In this document: positions 12,776-25,134 of the stretch, piece after piece
Layout of the letters: every line of letters begins with the position of its first letter
Position numbering within the stretch: position 1 is the stretch's first letter
Assembly (NCBI GenBank): GCA_951406725.2
Contig: OX597822.1
Span: 29,388,001 to 29,452,000, forward strand
Length of the DNA: 64,000 nucleotides
Source of the DNA: Octopus vulgaris
Lineage: Eukaryota
Reading direction: 5' to 3'
Program-made: the position numbers and the translations under genes
The notes under the pieces: model-generated
Databases searched by the model: none
Told to the model about the DNA's origin: nothing
The model's input: only the letters and a program-made list of their open reading frames with translations

Positions 12776-13559
12776 CAGTCAACTCTCGCTACTATGCCAC
12801 CCTGTGGGACTGAGCCAAAGTGGCATAGTACCGAAAATTTACTGAACATACGAATAAAGATTCATAGGGTAGGAAGTAAGGCCAATAAGAAGTTCAATGC
12901 AATGGTAAAAAGAAGACATCCAAGTTTATTAAGTTCAGATTGCTTTTAGTTAATCCCGAAGCTCTCAAAAATTGTCGGCTGACGCATCTTCTTTCGGCGA
13001 ATTTCATTCATTTCGTTGTCTAGCCTATCACACGCCTGCATGACGCTGGGTTTTCCGCTGCTCTGCTGCTGCATAAACTTTTGGATAGTGCTCCATGCTC
13101 TCTGGGCATCTGCAAACGAAACGTATTCCTCTTCCACAATTACCTCGTCGTCTTCACTTTCCACCGGCTCTTCATTATGCATTACCTCCTTTGCTATTTC
13201 TTCTAGAGTGAAACATGTCGGACAATACAAGGAGCGGTAACTTGTATCAGATATTACTAATGATACGAGGGGCCCGACAATAATGTTTTTCGCAGCATCG
13301 ATAATCTCCTTCTTTTCCTTCAGCGTAAACTCAGTCCGCTTGCGTTTCTGAGCTGACATTGTGTGCTACTTTCTGAACTTTTCCACAAGATTAAAAATAC
13401 GAAATGTACAAAATGTAGGAGTACAAAATTTCGAAAAGTTGCGTGCGCTTCAGTTTACAAGTGGCATTGTAGCGAGAGTTGAGGGTGGCATAGTAAAAAT
13501 TTTTTGTTTATTATTTGGCCGGGACCGCGCAAAACGGGCATAGTAGCGAGAGTTGACTG
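12776..13559 (-). mobile_element. pogo/Tigger-type DNA transposon, internal deletion derivative
   Basis: Perfect 23 bp TIRs cagtcaactctcgctactatgcc / ggcatagtagcgagagttgactg with TA flanks; subterminal TIR-like copy near 13463-13483. Confidence 0.92.
12946..13359 (-). CDS. 137 aa open fusion ORF of a deleted pogo/Tigger transposase
   Basis: N-term [16 protein letters not shown] (start of psq-type HTH) joined in frame to acidic C-terminal region ending QPTIFESF; no DDE domain; expression unknown. Confidence 0.5.
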   Translation of the reverse strand: MSAQKRKRTEFTLKEKKEIIDAAKNIIVGPLVSLVISDTSYRSLYCPTCFTLEEIAKEVMHNEEPVESEDDEVIVEEEYVSFADAQRAWSTIQKFMQQQSSGKPSVMQACDRLDNEMNEIRRKKMRQPTIFESFGIN

Positions 13560-13571
13560 TATTTGCATTCA

Positions 13572-13631
<60 letters not shown>

Positions 13632-13633
<2 letters not shown>

Positions 13634-14130
13634 GGTGGCACGTAAAAACACCCACTACACTCGCGGAGTGGTTGGCGTTAGGAAGGGCATCCAGCCGTAG
13701 AAACACTGCCAGATCTGACTGGGCCTGACGAAGCCTTCCAGCTTCACAGACCCCAGTTGACCCGTCCAACCCATGCTAGCATGGAAAGCGGACGCTAAAC
13801 GATGATGATGATATATATATATACATATCATCATCATCATCGTTTAACGTCCGTTTTCCGCGCTAGCACGGGTTGGACAGTTCGACCGGGGTCTGGGGAG
13901 CCAGGGCTGCCCCAGGCTCCAGTCTGATCTGGCAGTGTTTCTACAGCTGGATGCCCTTCCTAACGCCAACCACTCCGCGAGTGTAGTGGGTGCTTTTTAT
14001 GTGCTACCTGCACAGGTGCCAGAGGGGTCTGGCATCGGCCACGATCGGTTGGTGCTTTTTTTATGTGCCACCGGCACAGAAGCCAGTGGAGGCTGCACTG
14101 GCAACGGCCACGTTCGGATGGTGCTTTACG
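13632..14130. mobile_element. Two family C elements tail-to-tail
   Basis: Plus copy ends in gatgatgat near 13811; minus copy begins with catcatcat near 13828. Confidence 0.75.
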
Positions 14131-14210
14131 TATATATATATATACATATACGTGTATATATATATATATATATATACATACATATACGTATATATATATA
14201 TACATATACG

Positions 14211-14261
<51 letters not shown>

Positions 14262-14500
14262 GCACACACATATGTGTATGTGTATATATATATATGACAG
14301 GCTTCTTTCGGTTAACATTTACCAAATCCCCTCACAAGGCTTTGGTTGGCCCAAGGCTATTATAGTTAAAGACATTTGCTCAAGATGCCATGCAGTGGGA
14401 CTGAACCCAGAGCCATGTTGTTGGGAAGCAAGCTTCTTACCACACAGCCACCTCTGCATCTCTTGAAAATTTTGCCATAAACTCATGCTAGTGTCCCCTC

Positions 14501-14538
<38 letters not shown>

Positions 14539-15187
14539 TGTGTGGTCTCTTAGCTGTCTAACACTTTAAGGAATAGTGAAAGGCTTCAGTACACTTTTTG
14601 ATATTGGCAGTGGAATGGGGCAGACCCCCCCCCTCCTCCAAAAAAAAAAACTCCAAATAAAAAAAAATGACAAAATACAAAATAAGACAAAGAAAAATTA
14701 TGGTTGTGGGGTGGGTCAGAAGAAAAATAAAATAAGTGAATAATTAAATCAACTTTCTATAATTTAATTTCTTCTACAAGTTCGTTTATTCAGTAGTAAC
14801 CCAGATTTTTTTTCTTTTATCTATTAATTAATTTATTAAATATTTTCTTTTTTGCCAGAAACAACCAGGTTAAGTTCTTTGTTTAGATGTACCTCTTGCT
14901 CTCTCTCTCACCTCTCTCTCTATTCTCTCTATATCCCCCCCTCTCTCTCTATATATATATATATCTATATATATATATATATATATATATATCTTTTCCC
15001 CCCTCTGTATCTTTGTGGTATTGAAGATTCGTTTAAATTACTCTAACAGCTAAATAATTGCTTAATTATCAAGTTCATTGTTATTGACAGTTGCAAATCT
15101 CAAGGTTAACTCTCAGTTTTTTTTAGTTTGGCTTCAAAAATGTAAAGAAAAATGTGTATTTCAAGAGAATTCTATCAAGATGGATAA

Positions 15188-15555
15188 CTTTCTTTCCTTC
15201 CTTCCTTCTTTCTTTCTTTTTTCTTTCTTTCTTTCCTTCCTTCTTTCCCTCTTTCTTTCCTTCTTTCTTTCCTTCCTTCTTTCTTTCCTTCCTTCTTTCC
15301 CTCTTTCTTTCTTTCCTTCCTTCTTTCCCTCTTTCTTTCCCTCTTTCTTTCTTTCCTTCTTTCTTTCCTTCCTTCTTTCTTTCCTTCCTTCTTTCTTTCC
15401 TTCCTTCTTTCCCTCTTTCTTTCTTTCCTTCCTTCTTTCCCTCTTTCTTTCCCTCTTTCTTTCCTTCCTTCCTTTTTGTTTCTCTCTCTCTCTCTCCCTC
15501 TCCCTCTCTCTTCTTCCTTTCTTCCTCTCCTTTCTTCCTTTCTTCCCCTCTCTTT
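15188..15555. repeat. (CTTT/CCTT)n polypyrimidine tract
   Basis: About 370 bp nearly pure pyrimidine repeat. Confidence 0.95.
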
Positions 15556-16504
15556 CACCCCTCCCCGTTGTGTGTCTGTATGGTTGTGTGCATGTCGTTA
15601 TTTCATCTGAGTATTCAAAAAAAAAAAAAAAAATCAGTGTCATATTTACATTTCTAGTGAACCCCATGTCCTGGAACTCTGTGTTTTTGAAGTAGTGGAA
15701 TAAAAATGCCTTTACTTGCGAAACAGGAAAGGGTTGGTGATAAAAATAAGTACTCATCTAACCCATACCAGCAAAGAAAAACAGTTGTAAAACAAACAAA
15801 TCCAGCATGAAGGATAATATAAGATTTCAGCATGTGAAAAGGTGTTTTTAGTAAGTTTGTTACTTCATTAGTCCTATGGTAATTCTGTCTGGGTGCTTGC
15901 AATTTAAAAGACAGTATAGCATTGGAAGATTACTCTAGTAATATCAGCTAATACAAATAAAAACAATGTAGTTAGGGGTAGATCTTTCTTTCAAAACCAT
16001 CTGACAAAAACAGTGGATATGTTTCAGTCTCATTATACCTCATCATCAAAAATATTCAATTCAGATGACATGGTTTAGAGATAATCACAATGCATGCATG
16101 GATGGATGAATGATAGGTTTGTCTTAGCTTGGTTGTGTGGTTAAGGAGTTACTATAGCCTTGGGCCAACCAAAGCCTTTTGAATGGATTTGGGAGATGGA
16201 AACTGAAAGAACCTGTTGTGTGAATGTGTGAGTGTGTGTGTGTTTGCCCATGTCCTCACTACTTGACAACTGATGTCGGTGTGTTTATGTGTTTGTAACA
16301 TAGTGGCGTGGCAAAAGAGACTGATACAAAAAGAACCAAGTTGTTTTTGATTCATTCGACTAAAACAAAAAAAAATTTTCAATATGGTGCCCCAGCATGG
16401 GCACAGTCTAATGACTGAAACAAGTAAAAGCTAAAAGGTGAAAGAATATAGCTTTTATATTATTAAACTGGTGTTTGGAATATAAATTAATATTCCAAAC
16501 ACCA

Positions 16505-17105
16505 GGTGCAGGAGTGGTTGTGTGGTAAGTAGCTTGCTTACCAACCACATGGTTCTGGGTTCAGTCCCACTGCCTGGCACCTTGGGCAAGTGTCTTCTAC
16601 TATAGCCTCGGCTCGACTAAAGCCTTGTGAGTGGATTTGGTCGATGGAAACTGAAAGAAGCCCGTCGTTGGTACCTGTGCCGGTGGCACATAAAAAGCAC
16701 CCACTACACTCATGGAGTGGTTGGCGTTAGGAAGGGCATCCAGCTGTAGAAACATTGCCAGATCAAACTGGGCCTGGTGCAGCCTCCTGGCTTCCCAGAC
16801 CCCAGTTGAACCGTCCAACCCATGCTAGCATGGAAAGCGGATGCTAAACGATGATGATGATGATGATGATATATATATATGTATGTATGTGTGTGTATAT
16901 GTTTGTGTGTCTGTGTTTGTCCCCCCAACATCGCTTGACAACCGATGGTGGTGTGTTTACAACCCCGTAACTTGGCGGTTCGGCAAAAGAGACCGATAGA
17001 ATAAATACTGGGCTTATAAAGAATAAGTCCTGGAGTTGATTTGCTCAACTAAAGGCAGTGCTCCAGCCTGGCCACAGTCAAATGACTGAAGCAAGTAAAA
17101 GAGAG
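16505..17105 (+). mobile_element. SINE family A with family C element nested at its central microsatellite
   Basis: Family A head to aagaagcccgtcgt, then family C ending in (GAT)n near 16870, then family A tail. Confidence 0.8.
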
Positions 17106-17599
17106 AGTATGACATTTTTGTGGAAGGTTTTGAATTTAAATGACTTTAAAACAGAGAAAGTTTGTATCATAGAACCAGGATGTGATCTCAGACAGGTTGG
17201 TATCAAAAGAGTTAAACATCTGTAGTTTTGTTTTTCATGCATACACAATGTCATCATCATCATCATCATTGTTTAACATCTGCTTTCTATGCTGGTATGG
17301 GTTGGATGGTTTGGCATGGAGCTGTCCAGATTTCAACTGTCTTTTGTGTGGTATGGTTGTTATGACTTGATGCCCTTCCTAACCTCAGCAACCTAACATG
17401 TCACTGGCACGGGTGCATTAATGCCGTACCAGCATGGGAGCTTTTTAAGTGGCACTGGCATCTGAAAGGACAAGCCTGTACATGTGGAAGACAGAGATTT
17501 TGCTTTGCTTGATGTGTCTTATCAAGTTCAGCAAATCGCTACATCTCCTGGTCCCTTGTCATTTCCTCAGTGAGGCCCAGCATCCAGATCGATATATAT

Positions 17600-18026
17600 A
17601 CATGTGCTTACCTTGGATCATAGGTCGACCTGCCGTGCTTGAGGAGACCTATTGAGTCAAGTACATCAACATCAAAAAATAAAATGGAATTTGTAGTTGT
17701 GATACCTGTGCCGGTGGCACATAAAAAGCACCATCTGAACGTGGCCGATGCCAGTGCCAGGTGGACTGGCTTCCATGTCGGTGGCACATAAAAAGCATCA
17801 ACCGATCGTGGCCGTTGCCAGCCTCTCCTGGCACCTGTGCCGGTGGCATGTAAAAAGCACCCACTACACTCACGGAGTGGTTGGTGTTAGGAAGGGCATC
17901 CAGCTGTAGAAACACTGCCAGATCAGACTGGAGCCTGGTGCAGCCTCCTGGCTTCCCAGACCCTGGTCGAACCATCCAAACCATGCTAGCATGGAAAACG
18001 GACGTTAAACAATGATGATGATGATG
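17600..18026 (+). mobile_element. RTE 3' end / family C element
   Basis: ccgtgcttgaggagacctattgagtcaag, about 60 bp repeats, core and (GAT)n tail. Confidence 0.75.
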
Positions 18027-19147
18027 AAATCTGTATTGATATTAACCAACCCTTCATGCATTCTTAATATTTTCCTGATGTGTGTATGTGTGTATTTTCT
18101 GTGAATTTCAAGCAAAGTTTTGTAGTTGTATTATGCATTTGTGTGTGTGTGTGTGTGTGTTTTGCACCTTTATTCTGAATTAAAAACTGTGTTCTCTCTC
18201 TGAGTATATAAAACACAGTCAGAAAACTTTGTAATCATATTAACAGTAAGCCATCTTAGTCATTTAGATATTTAATATTTAGTCGCCACATATTATTTTC
18301 CCCTTATTGGTTATTTGATTCTGTTTCAGTTCTCCTACTGTATTCTCTGCATTTAAATATATCATTGTCACTCACTTAACTGTCGTTAATTATTCAGATG
18401 GCATCTCGAATTTATTAAGGCTAGTTTAGTTGCTGTTCGTTTGTGACTGATCATCTTTCAAATTAGCAGAGAGGTAAAGCAAATAGGAGAGGAGAGAGGG
18501 CATTGAATTGCTTGCTTATGAGTGCGACTCCTGATGTTCAGATCCGTAAGAGGGCAGCATTACATTGCATTCATGAACTAAATAACTTTATTTAGAAGCA
18601 CTGGTTCTGCTCCACTAGCTGTTGGCAGCATCTACCAGATCTTTTAGGAAATTCAAAACTACAATAGACTGGCATGATATCCCAGGGGGCAGCATGTCAG
18701 TCTAAACTTATCTGTTTAACATTACATGAATCCAAGTAGACTAAAAGGCATGCTAGACCCATGTGGGCTTCATTTTTGAATGTATTAACTTGTAGCACCT
18801 TTTGGTGTGAAATAAATAACAAGCATTTTATTTTTGCGTGGGAAAGCTAGCTAGCTGATGTGTAGGCTAGCATGCTTGCCAGAAAAGAAGTCTGTTATCC
18901 ATTTAATGCTTCAGAAACCATAGTAGAGAGCCAACATAATAAGAGCTTTTATCTTTTACTTGTTTCATGCATTAGACTGCGACCATGCTAGGGCATTGCC
19001 ATGAAGGGTTTTTAGTCAAATGAATTGACTCCCAGTATTATGTTTTTTAAAGCTTGGTACTTATTCCATTGGTCTCTTTTGTTGAATTGCTACATTATGG
19101 GGATGCAAACGAACCAACACAGGCTGTTAAGCAGTGGTGGGGAACAA

Positions 19148-19221
<74 letters not shown>

Positions 19222-19719
19222 TGGGCTTTTTTCAGTTTTATCTACTAAATCCACTCACAAGGTTTTGGTCAGCTGAAGACACTTGCCCAAGGTGCCATAC
19301 AGAGGGACTGAACTTGGAACCATGTGCTTGGAAAGCATGCTTCTTACCACACAGCTACGCCGGTGCCTATTGACACTTATGATTTGTATTCAAAAAATAA
19401 AAACCTGATTTTTTTCAAACAACCATTAAACAACATGAATAGCTAAGTGAAGTTTATCTCAATAAACCAGTTATTTTTGTAAGATGTAGTTAAAAAAAAA
19501 TATTTTATGTCGGTTATATAATTCTATTACATTGTATCTGACAGAGTCTAGACATATGGTTTACTAATATATCTATATATGGTTTATTAATACATAGACA
19601 TTCAGGTGCCATATGTATCTATCTTATCAATCAGCATTTCAAATATATTTCTGTATGTACATTAGTTTATATATCATTATTAATAAAACTATTAATAACA
19701 ACAGCAACAATAATATATA

Positions 19720-20546
19720 TATGCTGAGGACATGTGTAGGCTTGAAAGAAATGAAGCTAGTATGCTCTGCTGGATGTGTAATGCCAGTGTGCATACATGA
19801 CAGGGAGAAAAGTTGGACATAAAACGTATCAGATGTGGTGGGCAAGAGAGAGGCGACTGTGCTGGTATGGTCATGTGTTGTGTATGGATGAGGACAGTTG
19901 TGTGAAGAAGTGTCACACTCTATCAGTGGAGGGAACCTGTAGAAGAGGCAGATCCAGGAAAACATAGGATGAGGTGATGAAGCATGACCTTCGAATGTTG
20001 GCCATCATAGAGGCAATGACAAGCGACTGAGACTGTTAGAGATATGTTGTGCTTGAGAAGACCTTGGAAGCCGAGTGAGATCATAGACGTGGTTGATGCC
20101 AGTGTCACATAACTGGCCTATTTAAAAGTACCCTTCATTCATCGGGCAATATGCTGTGCTTGAGAAGACCTATTGAGTCAAATGAAATCGTGGTTGTGAC
20201 TGATGCCAGTGCCGCCTGACTGGCACACATGCCGGTGGCATGTAAAAAGTACCATTCAAGTGTGGTCAATGCCAGTGCTGTGTGACTGGCTCCTGTGCCA
20301 GTGGCACATGAAAGCAACATTCGAGCATGGTTGATGCCAGTGCTGTCTGACTGGCCCCTGTGCTGGTGGCACGTAAAAAGCACCCACTTCACTCTCAGGA
20401 GTGGTTGGCATTAGGAAGGGCATCCAGCTTTAGAAACACTACCAGATCATATTGGAGCCTGGTGCAGCCTCCTGACTTGCCAGTCTTCAGTCCAACCGTC
20501 CAACCCATGCCAGCATGGAAAGCAGATGTTAAACGATGATGATGAG
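19720..20546 (+). mobile_element. 5'-truncated RTE LINE (ORF end plus 3' UTR)
   Basis: Decayed AEDMCRLERNEASMLCWMC..WYGHV..DEV..HDL followed by repeat-containing UTR and (GAT)n. Confidence 0.82.
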
Positions 20547-21457
20547 GATATATAGCAAAGGAGATGCTTTAGAGAAAGTAAACTGTTGCAGCATTGAATT
20601 GTTGAACCAAGCTCTGAAGGTATTCCTCTATCTCTCTCTCTCTGTCTCTGTCTGTCTGTCTCTCTCACACACACACAGAAGACAGAAAATGAGAGACTTA
20701 GTACAGTAGATCAGGAACATAGATGAAATGCAGTTTGGTTTTGTATCTGCAAGAGGTACAGCAGATGCAGACTTCCTGTAGAATCTTAGAAATACTTAAC
20801 TAAGAGCACACCACTATGTTTGGTATTTGTTTAATTTGTTTACTAGGAAAAGGCCTCTGACAGGCACCCCACTTTGTAATCAGGTGATCACAAAAGAAGC
20901 TAGACATACGTAAATGGCTTGTGAGGGCTGCAAAAGTAAATAGAAAACTAGAGTAAGTAAAACAAGATGAATGGAGTAAGGGCGTAATTGAGGACTTAAA
21001 AAGTACTTAATGTGGGAATGTGCTTTTGCATACTGATGTACACAAATGTAGCTTTATTTGTGAGGTTTACTAAAAGACATATAAGAGTCTAGCATGCTTA
21101 AAAAGTTACTATAGAAAGAATGATTCATTTAATAATCATTGGTAGATTTACTCTGACACATGTGGACAGCCATTGTGTGTGCGTGTGTGTGTGTACATGT
21201 GCATGTTTGTATATATGTATTTTGTGTGTGTGTATGCGTGTGCTAATACACATACACACAATCATATGCGAAAAATTCAGTAATTGAGTGCATTCAACAA
21301 AAATACCTTGTGGTAATTATTCTGTCTGAGTTGCTCAGACACTTCCTGTTCATTATCACGAGTAGAAATGAAGTGATCCAGTGATTACTTTGTAGGTAAT
21401 CCTTTGATCTTGTAACCACGCAACACTTGTTCCACCAAATGTACAATAAGTGCTCGT

Positions 21458-21587
<130 letters not shown>

Positions 21588-22502
21588 TTTTCTTTTATTT
21601 TTTCGTTTCAGTCATTTGACTGTGGCCATGCTGGAGCACCACCTTGAAGGGTTTTAATCAAACAAATCAACTCCAGGACTTATTTGTTTTTGTTAAGCAC
21701 AGTACTTAATCTATCGGTCTCTTTTGCTGAACTGCAAAGTTTCAGGGACATAAACACACCAACGCTGGTTGTCAAGTGGCGATAGGGGTGGGGAAGACTG
21801 ACACAAAGCCACACACATACATATATTATACTTACGACAGGCTTCTTTCAGTTTCCACCTACTAAATCCACTCAGGCCCAAGGTGTCATGCAGTGGGACT
21901 GAATCTGGAACCATGTGGTTGGGAAACCGGCTTTTTACCACACAGCCATACCTGCACCTATATATATATATATATATATATATATGTGCACGCATCCACA
22001 CACACATTATATGATTTGCAGAAATGCTACACTGCAGAGTTACATTACCCCAAATATTCTTTTCTACTCTAGGTACAAGGCCCAAAATTTTGGTGGAGGG
22101 GGCCAGTCGATTAGATCAACTCAAGTATGCAACTGGTACTTAATTTATCAACCCCAAAAGGATGAAAGGCAAGGTTGACCTCGGCAGAATTTGAACCCCC
22201 AAAATTAATTCAGAATACAATTTCTTCTTTGTGTGTCATGCCTAAAGCCATTGGGGATCATAGACCTCCACTCTCTCCTGTCCCATATACAACTAAGTAT
22301 GTTCTTGGGTTAGTCTTTCTGAAATCAACTGGTAATGTCCATTGCTTATGCCAGTGCTCCTCAAAGGGGTGGCCAGCGGACTGGTGCTGGTCCGTAAGCC
22401 ATCAGCTGCTGGTATGCAGCGAGTTTCCAGAAAAGAAAGAAACATTATAAAATGCTTTAAAATTGCTTATAAAATGCTTATGTAATTTTGTATTATATGT
22501 TG

Positions 22503-23330
22503 AGGCAGCGAGCTGGCAAAAATGGTAGCAAGCCGGCGAAATGCTTAGTGGTATTTCGTCTGCCGCTACGTTCTGAGTTCAAATTCTGCAGAGGTCGACT
22601 TTGCCTTTCATCCTTTTGGGGTCGATTAAATAAGTACCAGTTTTGCTCTGTTGTCGATGTAATCGATTTAATCCGTTTGTCTGTCCTTGTTTGTCCTCTC
22701 TGTGTTTAGCCCCTTGTGGGTAGTAAAGAAATAGGTATTTCATCTGTCTTTACATTCTGAGTTCAACTTCTGCCAAGGTCGACTTTGCCTTTCATCCTCT
22801 CAAGGTTAATAAATTAAATACCAGTTGCGTACTAGGGTCGTTCTAATCGACTGGCCCCCTTCCCCAAAATTTTGGGCCTTGTGACTAGAGTAGAAAAGAA
22901 TATTGTATTATTTGTTAAGGCAGCGAGCTGGCAGAAACGTTAGCATGCCGGGTGAAATGCTTGGCGGTATTTTGTCTGTCTTTATGTTCTGAGTTCAAAT
23001 TCCGCCAAAGTCAACTTTGCCTTTCATCCTTTTGGGGTCGATTAAATTAAGTACCAGTTAAGCACTAGGGTCAATGTAATCAACTTAATCCCTTTGTCCT
23101 TGTTTGTCCCCTCTATGATTAGCCCCTTGTGGGCAATAAAGAAATAAGAAACATTAGCATGCCGGGCGAAATGCTTAGCGGTATTTCATCTGTCTTTGTG
23201 TTCTGAGTTCAAATTCCGCCGAGGTTGACTTTGCCGTTCATCTTTTTGGTGTCAATAAATTAAGTACCGGTTGCGTCTGGCCCTCTCTCCAAAAATTTCG
23301 GGCCTTGTGCCTAGAGAAGGAAAGATTATT
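22503..23330 (+). mobile_element. Tandem cluster of SINE family B (about 4 units)
   Basis: Repeated gttctgagttcaaattccgccgaggtcgactttgcctttcatcc..aagtaccag core. Confidence 0.85.
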
Positions 23331-24263
23331 TGTTTACAAAATAAATATATGATAAAAAAAATTGTCATCTTTTATCATACTCATTATATATATTGTTTCC
23401 AGTATAAATTAAAATTACTAAGAAATATTGCTGGTCCCTGGCCTACTGGAAAAAAAAAATGCTGGTATGCCACATCAGATAGTTTGAGAAGCACTGGCTT
23501 ATGCTCTCTCTAGTATTTTTCCTGGTTTGTTTTTACCTTTTAGTTTCTCTGTTCTTACCAAGTGTTCAGTTTTTTTTCCCCTTCTAATGAGGTGTCCAAT
23601 AAACCAAGCCTGTTGTTTCCATATATTGTTCAGATGCTTTCTAGAAGTGTGTGTGTGTGTGTGTGTGTGTGTACACATGTATATTTGTATATATGTATCG
23701 AGTGCATCAAACAAAAATACCTTGTGGTAATTATTCTGTCCGAGTCGCTCAGACACTTCCTGTTCGTTATCACCACCAGAAATGAAGTGATCCAATGACA
23801 CTTGTCAGTCAGGTAGAAATTTCTCAGCAGTTTTCTAATGCAAGAGTCTGCACTTTATTTTAATACCAAGGGCCTGTCAATGAAGATCTCAGTCCACACT
23901 CTATCAAGGTATGATATAATATATGTAACCTATATCAGAGATATGTAAAATGGGGCCATGTATTATACATATGATAATTAGATTATATATTAGTTGGTAT
24001 TAGGAAGGGCATCCAGCCGTAAAAGCCCTGCCAAAACAGACACAGAAGTCTGGTGCAGGCACCTGGCAGGTCAGCTCCTGTCAAATCGTCCAACCCATAC
24101 CAACATGGAAGGCAGATGTTAAACAACGATGACGACAATGATCATGCACATTATTGTTTTTTTCTGTGTATGATTCCTCAGCCCCATGGAAAAATTGTCT
24201 TGCATGAAACTGGTCCATGGGACAAAAAGAAAGGTTGTGGGATTGCTGTTTTAAAGAATCACA

Positions 24264-24690
24264 TCTCTATAGAAATGATAGTAATGATAATGTCTCTATA
24301 GTAATGATAACGTCTCTATAGTAATGATAACGTCTCTATAGTAATGATAATGTCTCTATAGTAATGATAACGTCTCTATAGTAATGATAACGTCTCTATA
24401 GTAATGATAACGTCTCTATAGTAATGATAACGTCTCTATAGTAATGATAACGTCTCTATAGTAATGATAACGTCTCTATAGTAATGATAATGTCTCTATA
24501 GTAATGATAGTAATGATAATGTCTCTATAGTAATGATAGTAATGATAACGTCTCTATAGTAATGATAGTAATGATAACGTCTCTATAGTAATGATAACGT
24601 CTCTACAGTAATGATAATGTTTCCATAGCAATGATAGTAATGATAACATCTCTATAGTAATGATAGTAATGATAACGTCTCTATAGTAAC
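24264..24690. repeat. 20 bp minisatellite (tctctatagtaatgataacg)n
   Basis: Roughly 19 tandem units; later units carry an extra 9 bp agtaatgat. Confidence 0.95.
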
Positions 24691-25020
24691 AGTATGTGAA
24701 AGGATAGGATTTACGAATACTCTTAGGATTCTTTTTGTCACTTTTGTTGGAGTGTTGCTTAATTTGACAATATATGTATTTATTCTCATTGAGAGCAACC
24801 TTGACTTTCCAGACCTTTCAGGTTTTTCCCATGTGATATAATGACTCTTCCCAAATATTCATAATACTATCTATCTGCCTGCCTGTCTGTCTAGGTGTAG
24901 GTTTGCCTGTGTGGTTAGAAGTTTGCTTCCCATGGTTCTGGGTCCAGTCGCATTAAGTGGTACCTTGGGCTGACCAAAGTCTTCTGAGTGGATTTGGTTG
25001 ACAGAAACTGAAAGAAACCT

Positions 25021-25064
<44 letters not shown>

Positions 25065-25134
25065 CAAAAATGGACACGCATACACAAGGTGTGTGTGTTG
25101 TTAGTTCGTGGGTTGGCTGCATTTTAGGTTTAAG

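Noticed and set aside
15078-15757. Longest ORFs in the track (205, 198, 167 aa)
   Set aside because: Produced by the (CTTT/CCTT)n tract
23838-23908. ATG-initiated phase-2 segment ending aag|gtatga that could splice to 35356
   Set aside because: No similarity to GAP1 N-termini and weaker splice context than the 30061 candidate
24264-24690. CRISPR-like regular repeat
   Set aside because: No unique spacers, eukaryotic context, no cas genes; a minisatellite
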